DNA of 64,000 nucleotides from Trichoplax adhaerens (lineage: Eukaryota > Animalia > Placozoa). Each line of letters begins with the position of its first letter. Within the stretch, counting starts at the first letter, position 1. The position numbers were made by a program, and so were the translations under genes. Of the stretch, positions 25,401 to 38,660 are shown in pieces. A model generated the notes under the pieces. That model was given only the letters and a program-made list of their open reading frames with translations. It was not told the DNA's origin and made no database searches. The DNA is taken from positions 1,288,911-1,352,910 of the forward strand of contig NW_002060944.1 of the NCBI RefSeq assembly GCF_000150275.1, written 5' to 3'.

Positions 25401-27337
25401 ATGATAACAAACTGCGCTAAAAAATTTTATCATTGCTCGGACTTTCCGGCATGTAACTTGATGTTAAAAAGTGTCGCGAAACCATTTTAAAAATTATAAT
25501 ACTAGAAAATCATTTAAAGAACTTTAGTACTGAAGTTATGAAAACTTAAAAAGACCTAAGGCTATGAAGAAAAGCGTTAATTTTGTAAGGGCAAATTTAT
25601 CGCTAGGGGATTGTTGTCATAACAATAACTGGTTGGATTTGAGAAAAATATTTATCAATGAATAGTTTCGAGAAATGAAAATTTTGATATTTATTATTGA
25701 TGTCATTAACAGAAGAGAACTACACAGAAGGAAATACTGGTATAATGATAGCAAACGAATTTGTGCAGTTATGAGCTCAGAAACTCAGAGAAGGAACTTT
25801 ACATCCTATTAGCCATGCCAATCAAAACATTAGATAAATTCAGATCTGTATTCGAAAAAGCGTGAGCTTAATCGGTCATTTTAAACACGTAAGATATTTA
25901 GATAATATAATCAAGAATATTAGATAAGTGGATTTTGTTTGTCCTTTTTGGTTTCTTTTTAATTTTTGGGTAGCAAAATGCTTTATAAATGAATGCGAAC
26001 AATTATAATATGACCTTTGGTTGCTAAACACATACTAGAACCTACATTCAGACTTGTTTATTTATAACCCACTACATCCTCATAATAAGACGAGCGATCT
26101 ATTTTGAAACAGAGCAAATACGGCAAAAATAGGATATATCGATTGTTTAAAGTATTGCTAGTTACCATAGAACTTTAATCGTAATATTATTCTTTAATAA
26201 TAAACGGAGCTTAAAGTGGAAGTCCTCTAAAACTAACCGTTATGTTGATATTATTTTCGTAAGTAAACATTTTCTTGAATAAGGGCAGGTTTCGTAAAGT
26301 GAAGGCTATATGGATAATTCGAATTCGTTTATAATTATGGATTAAAGGATGATTTTGACCACTACAAAATAATATAATACGCATTTGTAGCCTTAAAAAT
26401 ATCATGCATACCAGAAAATGATATTTCTTGTAATATGTGGCGCCATGTGTGCTAATTACTAAAAAATTACAATAGTGTTAGCGCCTTCATTAATAAATAG
26501 ACATGGCTACCGAATTGATGATAAACTGAATTCAAGTTTACACATAGTGAAATAACAATTACGTGATCTACACGTACGTAGGGAATCCATGTACTATGAT
26601 CTCGTTCAATTATATAGAGTAATTACATGCTCCATTAAAGCCGAAATTGAAATTCTTAACGATTGATTGATTTGATCGAAGTAGAATTTTTTATATTGAA
26701 TTGAGAGTGTATCAATAAAATAAATTGTAATCTATCTTGTTATGAATAATTCTTATAATTATAAACTTAAGGACCGAAATAATTAACTGATTCAGTAAAA
26801 AAAGTAGGATCAAAGGCTACAGGAAATATTGATATGGGGTTGGGAGGTTGTCTATATCATAATTATGTGCAATATCATTACTAGCTTTCAATGTTGTTAA
26901 CATGCCTGAATATTCTGGTAGATTAAAAATTAAAAATTATTATTGAGGGATATATTTTTCATTAATAGCTTTGTTTTATATGCATAATATTTTTGTAAAA
27001 TCTTATTCAACCATAAATAAGATTTATTCGTAAGAAGGCCTTCCAAGCAGAAATGATTTATGCCTAGGGAGTACTAGAGCCTGACTCATTTTCGGCTCAA
27101 AGCGAACAATTAGACTGATATATAATAATTTTAATAGCAATCTCGCTAACTTTGTGTTATAGCAAGATAACCAATTAGACCAGTGATGCGTGATAAAGTT
27201 CAAATATCTAAAATATTACTTATTGAAGCGAATGATCAATATTTTAAAATAGCTGATATTAGTAAAAACCTATTAATGTTTTAATCCAGATTCTATCCGT
27301 CAATCTTTATAGCATACATTAATCTGGAGCTACCGTG

Positions 27338-30300
27338 ATGATTAGGACATACCCAAATCTTATTATAGCTGTCGTAATAGTACTTTTTGGCCTTCCGCAT
27401 CAGTGGTCATCAGCTAATCAAAATATAGCAAGAGATTTATACATTGGAGGACTATTTCCTTTAAATGATTCTGAATGGGTTGGCACAAATCGTATTTTAT
27501 TGGCTACTCAACTAGCTATTCAACATGTAAACGAAGATCCGACCTTACTTCCGGATTATAATTTGAAATTGATATGGAATGGAACTAAAGTAAGTGAAAT
27601 AAATCTTCTAATTTGAGCTTGGGTCTGACTTTATAAATAAAAAAATCTGCAATAATAGCTAAGGTCTAATTTTGGTGAATGGAGTAATCTTCAATTGTCA
27701 GCTTACTGTACAGTTCATAATAGTAATTTAGTAACTTTAGTTGTACTATAGATTCAAAGTATGTGTATGCAATCTACCTTATATCAGAACGGAATTACTG
27801 TTATAGGTTGTATACCGTTAATATATTATTACTGAATGAGAGTTTGAAGATCTCTATTTTTCTAATTAGGCTATAGTTATCTACCTTTGGTTATTCTCGA
27901 CTATGACATGATTAGCTATGATTAATCATCAGTATTTTATTTGAAACATTTCTACTAGCTAGAAGACATTAGTTAATAATACGTATATACTCGTACTCAG
28001 CCCAGTTGCTCAAGATTCAATTTCAGTTTATTTCTTTAATGCTTCCGTCATGGCTCTTTAAGTATTTTTGGATCTATTTATTATTTTTCGGGACGGATGG
28101 ATCTCGCTTTGACAATTGTAAGCGAATTTAAACTTGCTGCTAGCGATTTTGAAATAGAAGGGATCTTTGTCGCCTAATTATTGTAGTTATGCGTTTAATA
28201 GCAAAACATATTGAAGATGCGAGGATTGTTATTTCGCTATGCCGTAAACTTATTTTGCAACGGCTAGTTACTAATAAACCGTGGCATTCTGGTTTTAGTA
28301 GACTTTAGTTTATATACATTGGAAGGTTGAAAAATTCGGTTAGAATAAATATTAGTACTGTAAAAAGTATTTATATAATCTGTGTAGCTTATGTTTGGCA
28401 GTATTTCATAGCCATGAAATATTCACTACTGTTCTCGGTATAACCTAGCAAATATTCGAACCTTTATTTCTTATGCAAATATCAGTTTAATTTTTCTTTT
28501 TTACTTTAATACTCAGTCTAGTTAAATTATTTTGCTTCAATACGTGTAAAATACGGATAGAAATATATTTCACAGATAGAAAATTAACCAAATAACTAGA
28601 ATTAGTTTAAACATCTAGAAAATTTAACTGTACATAGAAATCAACATGATATTACTGATCATGATAATAAGATGATGCTATTGATATACACCTAAATATC
28701 TGAGATCGCTCTAAATTCTTTTCGTATTTGGATTAATTGCTGATAGACACGTTGAGAATTTTTTCGAATAGTCGGTCTTTAGCGTAATAATAAATTTTGC
28801 TATATATTTAAAGAGAAATTTACGTAATCATTTCAAAATAGATTTTCAAGTTGTTGTTTCTGTAACATTAATTATGCTATTTCGGTAATAATTAATAAAG
28901 CATGACGAGTTGATGACCACTTCTACGGTATAGTTAGATTCTAGGGTCTAGTAGTTAGACTCATAAGACTTAATGGTTTGCATCGTTTACATTATTGCTT
29001 ATACGAAATTTTGCTTTTGTTCCTTCATTCATAGTCGTAAATATATTGAGACAAGGTTTTGTTTTTGTAAAATTTGACGCAGAAAATGCTTTCATGCATA
29101 AGCGTTTTTAATTTTTCGTAGTCGACATTTTTCTGTTAGAAATTATGTTAACTGGAAAGTAAAAAATTAATGAAATTGATCGAAATTTTTATTTTATGTT
29201 TTAACTCGCAAAAAAGTACAACTGATAGAAAGGAATTTATAATTTGACTATAAGAAAGTAACATAAAGAAAAATATGATATCGTATTTTTGACTATACTG
29301 CACTAAATGTGGAAATCATTTATGTCTATGTAAATGGTTTAGATCATTTTAATAGGAGATTTATTAGTAATTAGTCAATCATCATTGAGAGATAAACAAC
29401 TATATTCCTTCAACTCACTTCTTTCATAGACAGTTTAAACATTATGCAAATATAAGTAATAATACAATGTACTCGTACGCCGTGTAAGTAATTGTAGACA
29501 TCTGACCAGATGATTTTGGCAAATGTAATTAGCCTTGAAGTAATACTTTTGAAAAATTAAAATGACGATTACGTTTAGAGAAGATTTGACTTAATAGACA
29601 AATCTATCCATTTATCAACGCATGGTACAAAGATTACAAAAGCAATGTTTTAGAGCTAAATGTTTACAAACTAGTATATAGCCCTGCAATAATTTTTTAG
29701 ATCTAAAAATTAATTTGCTTTGTCTGTAGCTGTGCCTAGTTTTGCAGAACATTGATATTCCTTAGTTAAATGTGTAGGTTTACAGTATATTGTTTTGAAT
29801 TGAGTCAAGCAATTATTAGTATCTTGAGTTTCAACTGAGGCAGTTTTTGTAAAAATCTTCATGTCTAGTCGCAAAAATATGCGTTACATCTAGATAAGGA
29901 AAAAATTTTAGAACTTTCTCTTTTACTTATTAACAAGGTTTTGGCATGAACAAACTAGAAATGTCTCCATTAAAAGTTCAAGTTGTATATCAAAATATAT
30001 AATATTTCACACCGGTACTATCGATATCAGTTATAATGAGGGTTCATTCCGTAAAATAAAGAAATATTGCTTTTCCCTGATAATTTGCATTTTCATCACA
30101 CCCATGGCAATTGTTGCGCTTGTTACTGTTTTAAATCGATTTGGGAGGGCATTACATATTTCGTGATTTAGTATGTCGATTCAGAATTGAAATTAATTTT
30201 AGCCCTTTGATACGGATTTAAAGAACACATATAAAGTTGAATGGTTCTTATAATCTATTACGGATAAACACAAAATACCGATTACATTCGCAAGATGGTA

Positions 30301-33300
30301 AATTTTTTATTGCGTATCAATTATTTCATGGCAGAGTTCAGTTCCGTATGGCTTAAAAATTCTTTATGAATATGTCTACCATGCACCTAAGAAAATTATG
30401 TTGCTTGGTTCGGGGTATTCTAGCGTAACCGAACCTATCGCCGAGACATCGAAATTATGGAATCTAGTTCAGGTAAGGCTACTTTTTAACTAAGATAGCT
30501 GTACTATCGCCAAAAATAGCATAAAGTGATCGTTGAGTTTCACGTTGCTCTCGATATACTATATATTTTATTGTCCAATTGGTTAACAGTAAAGTTAAAT
30601 TATTATAATGGCTCAGCATATGACCATGATTTAGCTTATTTATTTGGTGAAGCATATATTATTTAAAATCATATATGCATGATTATCTTAACGTAAGGCT
30701 ACTAAGAGTTACATTTGTCAACAAAACATGCATTAAGTATTAGCAATTGCGACAAATATCTTAATATTAATCACTGCGGATTATCCGCTAAAAACTACAA
30801 AATAAATTATGAGATAAGACTTAGCTGAAATTATTAATCTATTTCAATTTCAGTTTTCCTATGGTGCAACTTCCCCTTCGCTATCCGATAAGAAAAAATT
30901 TCCTTTTTTCCTACGTACAATACCTTCGGATGCTTCTATGAATGGCCCACGCGTTGCTTTATTAAAAGCCCTTCAGTGGAAAAAAGTCGGCTTGATTTAC
31001 CAGTCCGAAAATATTTTTGCTGTTGTAAGTCTTGTTATCTTTAATTGATATCATTTCGAGTTTTTCCATTGTACGACCGTCAGAGATGTTAAGAAGATCT
31101 GAGCAAACATGACATATAGCTTCATTAATTTATTTTTGCTAGACTATGGAAGAATTAATTAAATTGCTAAAAATTGAAGGTATTTCGGTGCTAGCTTCCA
31201 CAGTATTTACCAATAATCCTAAAAACCAGATTGAACAGTTGAAGGTAAAATATGCCTGCATCGATAAAGATATCAGAGCGTATATATGCATTCCTTATTT
31301 GTTCTACATTTACGAAATTAGAAATGTCAATGTAGCGAGCAAAGTTGTCATCGCTACAATCGCGTTTTAATTCATTCATTCATTTTAAGTACATTAAGCA
31401 CCTTAATGCTACGTAACACTAAGATTTACTTAAAATATGTATTTTAGGCTAGTGACGCTAGAATAATTATTGCAAGCTTTTATGAAAAAGAAGGTAGAAA
31501 AGTTATGTGTGAGGTAAATATTGCAATGATCGTAATATTGTGAATCAGATCATAAAATTTTGAACGGTTTAAAATATTTTAATCGATGATTAGCGATATA
31601 GGTAAAGGTTCATCGCTTACAGATTGTATTAATGATGAAATGATTAAAACCACTGCGGGTGATTTATTCTCTTGTTTGTATTAACCACCAAGCTTATGTC
31701 AGTATATCGATACTTTTAATATTCAGTTAGTAGTTGTATTACAATATTTAATTTCCCTTGTATTTTTTACAAAAGATGGAAGTATGTTGATTACAAACCA
31801 AGTAATTATCAATTAAGTCTTCATTTTATTATATAATTCGGTTCAAGTATTGGGTGGAGAGTTTGTTGATTAATTCAGATGACTACCACTATTAAAAATT
31901 TTTAGCAGTTCAAGTATAGCACCAGCTTAAATTTCTATTAATCATAATACTTCAGAAATTGAAACGAGTTCTGACTTTAATACGTCAATAACGAATAAAT
32001 TTTGGCTTTAAAATTATTCATATGGCTTCTACTCATAAATCTGTGAATTACAGGCTTATCATCAAGGCTTGAAAGGCCAAAAATATGTCTGGATATTTTT
32101 GGGATGGCTTAGCGGATACTGGTGGAATCATGACGTCAACACTGGCACATCGAATTGCACTAGAGAACAAATGATTGAAATGGTTGATGGTCATTTAGCA
32201 ACAGATACTGTGTCCTTTTTTCAGAGTGAAAATGGGATATCACCAATTCAAGGCCAGGTAATTATTTTATTAGTGATTGTAAGGTAGACTTTCTTGCAAG
32301 AATTTTCAATCGAATTAATTTTATTCCATATTGATATATCCAATACATACACTAAGAACTGCTGATCGGAAGTTTAGCAATAATATTTATTGATAATAAT
32401 AACCCTCATAATTATTCATTTATGCAGAATGTTCAAGAATATATGATCGAGAGAAATATTACCTTGATGGAAGATCATGAAAGTTACGGCTACAGTAATT
32501 TCGCATATGATGCGATTTATGCTATGGCATTAGCATTAAATGAAACTCATAATGAAATGCAGCCAAATCAGTGGTTGACAGATTTCTCCTATGATAATCA
32601 TCAGATGGCTCAGACATTAATTAGAAACTGTTACAAAGTTAACTTTACAGGAATTACGGTAGGTTAATATCCCACATACCCCCCTGTTAGACATCTATAG
32701 AGAACATTAAAATGCTTAGAAGATTACTTGAAATTAGCTTCAATTCTATATTCTACTAGTTATACTGTTATAACCAAAGTCGGTAATGCAGCCATTACCA
32801 GTGTTGGATACGACGTAATTAAATTTATAAATGCTCGGTACTACATTCGGCATTTTGATATAGTAGAACAATTTAATATAAGTGACTTTATGAATTGTTT
32901 CAACGTAATATATAGTCAGTTAGTTTATATATTAGCACCACTACTAAACTAGGCTAATGTTCTAGTTGTATGAACTATATTTATAATTGCTTATGAGCGT
33001 TGTGTTACCGGTAGGGGCCTGTGGAATTTGACAGTAAGGGTGATCGCATTGGAGTTGATAGCATTACGCAATTGCGATGTGAGTATTAGCAAATAAAACT
33101 CGAAGCTATTTGTTTGATACAATTATTAGAATACAAACACCAGGCAAACAGAAACGAATTTTATTGTAAATAATATCATTCCTGACATTTAATACGGATA
33201 ATATAGATAGTAACGGAAAACCCAAGAAAGTCATTATTGGATTTTATTATGCGGCCACCTCCATATTACAGTGGAGTAACAACAGTATTAGCTGGCCTAG

Positions 33301-35701
33301 TAAGTACAGTTTTAAAGTGATAATGGTTATACTATAGCGATAAAATGTGTTATAATTTGATGAATATACGTACGATTAGAATGATTTCTAAATTTCAAAA
33401 TTAGATGGAAAAAAGCCGCAAGATTCTACTGTAATGATACGCTCACTGGAATATGTATCGACGCCTATATACATTGTCATGTGCGTATTAACATCATTTG
33501 GCATCGTTGTTGCCTTGATTTTCCTCTTTATCAACAATTACTACCGCAAGAACAGGTATTCTGTAATAGAGAAGCACTATATGTAAAAAGTATATATTTA
33601 CTTAGCTGCTAGCCAGGAATTATAAAAGCGCTTTACTAATGACTATTACACAATTTAAAATCAACATCTATCAGTACAATGCTCAGCTCATCATTGTATT
33701 CATATTCTAGTTTCATTAAAATTTCAAGTCCACGATTGAACAACATTATTTTAGTTGGCTCGGTCTTACTATATTCTACAGTCTACGTTCTTGGACTAAC
33801 TTCAGGGGATGCAAGTAAAACCAGTCAAGCTGGTTCTAAATTTTCTACTGTATGCGTGGTAAGTATGATATTAATTTTACGGTTTCTTTCTAAGTTAATG
33901 ACAATAATAAATTCCAGTGGTATAGTCTTAGTTCATATTATTGAAATTGTTGGATAGTATTTGATATATTTTCACACTGTATTACAATCTGCAATATTTG
34001 TAGCGCGTTTCAGAGTTTTAATTAATATCATCTTCATTTTTCGACGCAGGTCAAAACTTGGTTACCAGTATTTGGCTTTACCTTAGGATTTGGTGCTCTA
34101 TTTGCGAAAACTTATCGCGTATATAAGATATTCAAGAACAAAAAATTAAAGTTATCTGTAGGTCTTAAATATTGATACTAAAATTTATAAATTTAATTTC
34201 AATTGCTTAAACCCTATATATAACTTGTGCAATATCTTTTTTATCTTTTACCTTAAACGAAATACTATAGCTTTGGGCCTTAACTGATACCCATCTGCTC
34301 GGAGGTGTTTGTCTCCTCCTCTTAGCTGATATAGTTTTATTATCGGTATGGCAAGGTGTCGATCCTTTACAGCGAGTAACGAAAGATTTAGCAGAAAAGG
34401 TTAGCTACCATGTTGAGTTGAAAATTACTGAATCTATTAATTTGATGCACAATTATTGAAAGCAGATGTACCAGATTCTGATTTCAGGTTGTATACTAGC
34501 TTATTACAGTATTCTCAAAATAAAGTAGCAGTATAAATATTTCAGTTGCATCAGATATTTCACATATGGTAGCATTGGAATAAATACGTGCTATTTTTAT
34601 TATTTTTTGTATAGCCAATCCTAAATGATTCCGATGCGGTTCGGATCCCTGTTATTGAGTTGTGTGCAAGTCGTGACTTTAGCATATGGTTGACGATTTT
34701 GTATACTTACAAGGGTTTACTATTAATTGGTGGTATTTATTTAGCCTGGGAGACACGTAAAGTCAGTATACCAGCGTTAAATGATTCACGTTATATCGGT
34801 GCATCCGTTTATAATGTGGTTATCTTATGTGCAATTTGCATACCATTATCAACTGTTTTGGAGGATTATCCAAGTGCAGCTTTTATTTTAATGTCAGTAT
34901 TTATCATTTTTTGTACAACTGCAACATTATTCTTGGTTTTTATCCCAAAGGTAACTTGAAATTTCCTTTTAGTAATATTACTGAAGTTAATTATAACATA
35001 AATGCTGTAAATAAATTATGTTAGTTTAGCAAGCATTCTTATTGCCGCTAGGTATGCTTGTATGGAATTTAATAGTTAACAATATAATAATTTAGATAGC
35101 TTTAATACTTAATGTAATATAGTTATTATTTGATAGAATATTACTTTAATACTTTAGATTACAGAGCTGAAGAGAATTAACGTTCCTGAAACTATAACTT
35201 ATCCTAACATGCCCATCACCGAGTGCGGAAGTTCAATTTATCCTCACCGGATGACAAGTTTTAAAGAAGCTGATTTATTATCCAAAGTAACACGATTAGA
35301 AGCATCTTTGCATCGGGTAAATAGGCAGTTTAGTTATGTTGTTAGATGTATATCATTTTTTTGCAGTTATATATTTCATTTACCCATAAAAAAGTATTTA
35401 GAAGTATTACCGTACACAATCAAGGAGCCATTCATATTATTGACAGCATCAATGATAAATATATCTGTCTTATTTCTTTAGATGTAAATTATCTCGAATC
35501 TTATCTTAATTATTTAAACTTTAATTTTTATTGATATTTCATTAGAAAAACAATACTATTGATGAATTAAGGAGGCTACTTAATAAAAAAGATAAACCCT
35601 CCGCAATTGAGAATATCAATTGCGTAACTGACTATACGGATTACGATGATACAACTGACCATGAAACTGGTTGTGTTTCGCCCCAGATTCTTATGGATTA
35701 A
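27338..35701 (+). CDS. GABA-B receptor-like class C GPCR (signal peptide, Venus flytrap, 7TM, C-terminal coiled coil), 16 coding exons, ~835 aa
   Basis: Exons 27338-27589, 30335-30472, 30854-31024, 31143-31244, 31448-31513, 32054-32257, 32428-32658, 33015-33078, 33207-33299, 33405-33555, 33711-33858, 34050-34157, 34271-34399, 34615-34950, 35158-35316, 35546-35701 (2508 nt, in frame). Motifs LYIGGLFP, WNLVQFSYGATSP.LSD...FP.F.RT.PS, KYVWI..GW, AYDAI.A.ALALN, IKISSP.LNN, FGALFAKT.RV, LAWETR.V.IPALNDS.YIG.SVYNV. No cysteine-rich domain, as in GABA-B. Confidence 0.93.
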
Positions 35702-37318
35702 TATTTTAATCTTAACAAGTCTTGGTATTTATGTATTTTTTAGATATCAAACTTCAAATTTTAATATAATTTATTTAAGTTATTAGATTATATGATTTTA
35801 TTTCTATCAGAATGATGAAATAACAGTCGTAAAATATTGAAAGAATATGTATGACTAAGTGGCTTTGCTATAATTTTACCTTTTATTTTAAATTAAAAAT
35901 GCTATGGCTATCGATACTGTAAAGTTCGTTTAAAAATATTCATGCTAATAGCAAATTTTATTTCTAATATGATGACTAACTAAAATATGGATACTCTCCA
36001 TTGATAAATTTGTATTATAGTAGGTTAATCATTAAGAAAATATGATTACGTGTCTAAGAGTTGTACATTGCTTCAAAACAAATTTTGTCGTAATTCTCAT
36101 GTTATTTATTCCATATCAATCTTTCGATACAAAATTTTAACGGAAAGTGATTTCGATACCTTTTTGCGGGTGTATAGTGGTACCATTTGATGTAAAAAAA
36201 TGCGAACTGCAGGAAATTGCGCTTTCTAATCTTGTTCATGTAAGATCGAAGAATTCGTACAGTATTGCATTTAATACTGTAGATAGAATGATTGCATCGG
36301 ATAGTTCATTAGTTTTTAATTTTGCATATTTGATTGCAATTTCGGACGAAATGAGACCATATGCTCGTATATCCTCTACTGATTCTAAGTCATAATCTAT
36401 GGATCATTAAATAAATCTATATTGCCTAGTCATTTACAGCAGCTAAGAAATTATATTACTTTTTAAGCTATTTGAAAATATTATTTCCACTTCAATTGAA
36501 AAATCTCGAGTCTCCCAATGCTTTATTTCAACTAAAGGCACTATGCTCTCCATAATATTACGTATGGAAAAGTGATTCGCTATTTAGAACTGAATAATAG
36601 CGTTAGACTGATAACTTAAAGCCAAATCTGTATTAATTATGGTAATATTAAATCTGTTTCTGCCAATAATATAATATAATTATAGCTATTTACTTATATA
36701 TTTAATTTAAACTTTTATAGCAATTGACTATTGCCTTTTCGATAGTCTATGCATAATAATAGCTGTAAATGATGCTCAGCTATACCCGTCTTCAAATAAT
36801 TTCATAGCATGGCTACAAAATGTACTATGTTATATTAGTAATCCTGTCATATGTAAGCAAAAGTGTTGCTAATTGAACTGCAATTTATTGTAGATAAGTA
36901 TGTGATAGTTATAGTATATTGATATTGTAACGAGAAAATGTTATGACATGCTTTAATTTAACGATAGCAAACTAACTTAATGATATCTCAAAGTTCTACA
37001 TGGTTGCTACTTTTAGGATGACGATTCTAATATTGTTCAAGAATATTCATCATATTAGAAAGTGGTATTTTATGGTATGCTTTTTAAATTGAGATTACTT
37101 CAATTGTACATATGATATGCAGTAAAAATTATTGCGATTCGCGATCACATTAAAAGAATTAATAAAAATTTGCTATGTCATCTGTCTTTAATATTTTCTT
37201 TGCTGCTCGATGAGGTATTTCCAACCATAATTATCACGAATCGCTACTGGTAAGTAGCCTTTATAACCGGTATTAGTGCAAACATATACCGATATGTTTA
37301 GATATTAAAGTAACATTA

Positions 37319-37758
37319 TGTCACAAACCAGCTTCGTGACGAGGATAACGTAAAACAAATCTCCAAATTACCATAGTCTCTGGGATTCAGTATCCCTTAA
37401 CTACCTCACAAGAATTTAGACGCCTTTGCTTCTACGTTAAAGCAACTATACAATTGAGAACTACTTTATTTAACTATCAGACGGGCTTATATACCCTTCT
37501 ACAGCAGCTAACATTCACGAGTCATCTTATAAAAATACTTAGGTGAAAACATCTACTAACTAATTTTCACAGTCGGACTACAATATGTTCATGCACAGAA
37601 TCATTTCAGTGCACATTACAGCACAGCATTAAATTTACTGTAACACATTTATAATTAAAGTAATTCCTACTGTAAGTAACTAGTTGTAATATATTATCAC
37701 TATATTATATTAACCAAACTTAGATGGCTATTTCTTCACGGTAGTTCTTACCGTGACA
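37319..37758 (-). mobile_element. Solo LTR (440 bp), family A copy 2
   Basis: Reverse-complement copy of 18971-19404 with scattered substitutions and a small indel. TGTCAC/GTGACA termini. Its own TSD CATTA at 37314-37318 and 37759-37763. Confidence 0.9.
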
Positions 37759-38660
37759 CATTAATACAGTATAATACGATGTTATGTGAGGATTGCGAAT
37801 AGCCTAGATTTTTATCGCGATCTCCTTACTTGCTCTATATCGGCTCAGTTTGTTTAGTTAGTACACTGAAATGTTTTTAACAGTTCTGAATTATTTAAGT
37901 TAGAATATGAAGTTATATAAAAGTATTTAGGAAGTTTGTGAAACGGCTCATAGTGTAATCTACACTATCAAATGATATAGTCATTCAATACGGTTTTGGT
38001 CATAATTCTCCCTTTGGCAAATATGCAATCTTCAGCGTACACATTTTGAATTCCTGAGATATTAGGCTATTAAGAGGAAGCATAATGAAATAGCAAAGTA
38101 GACCTATTCTTTATTTATACTTAAAAATAATATAAGTAATACGATTTCTGTAGTTATCTTGTTACATTTTCAGAAAACGAATGTAAGATATTGCAAAAGA
38201 TATGGATTAAATCAAAGTAATCATAACTAAGGTATGAACCTTACAGGGGTTACAATTAAAAATAGATTACGTATACGTTTATAGTAATAATACTTTATAG
38301 ATTTAACTTCGAAGAGTATATAGTGACTCAAATATAAGCAATTATTACCTATTGCAATTATCGTAATTTACGTTAACAGGTTGTAACATCAGATAGGACT
38401 CGAAAAAGTCATGCATGCGCGTTTACACAACTTTCGAACATATTTACCAACAAATTTAATGATAGGAGATATACGTATAATAGTAATCGATGAGATAGAT
38501 AGCAGATATAAGATATTTCTTTTAAAGGACGTATTCATAAATTCTCATCTAATTAAATTAATATACGTTATAGGATAAACTCAAGCATACAACGTTATGC
38601 TGCTATTAGGTAAATGAATCCTAATTCTGTACAATATTATATATGTTATCAATAAGTAAA

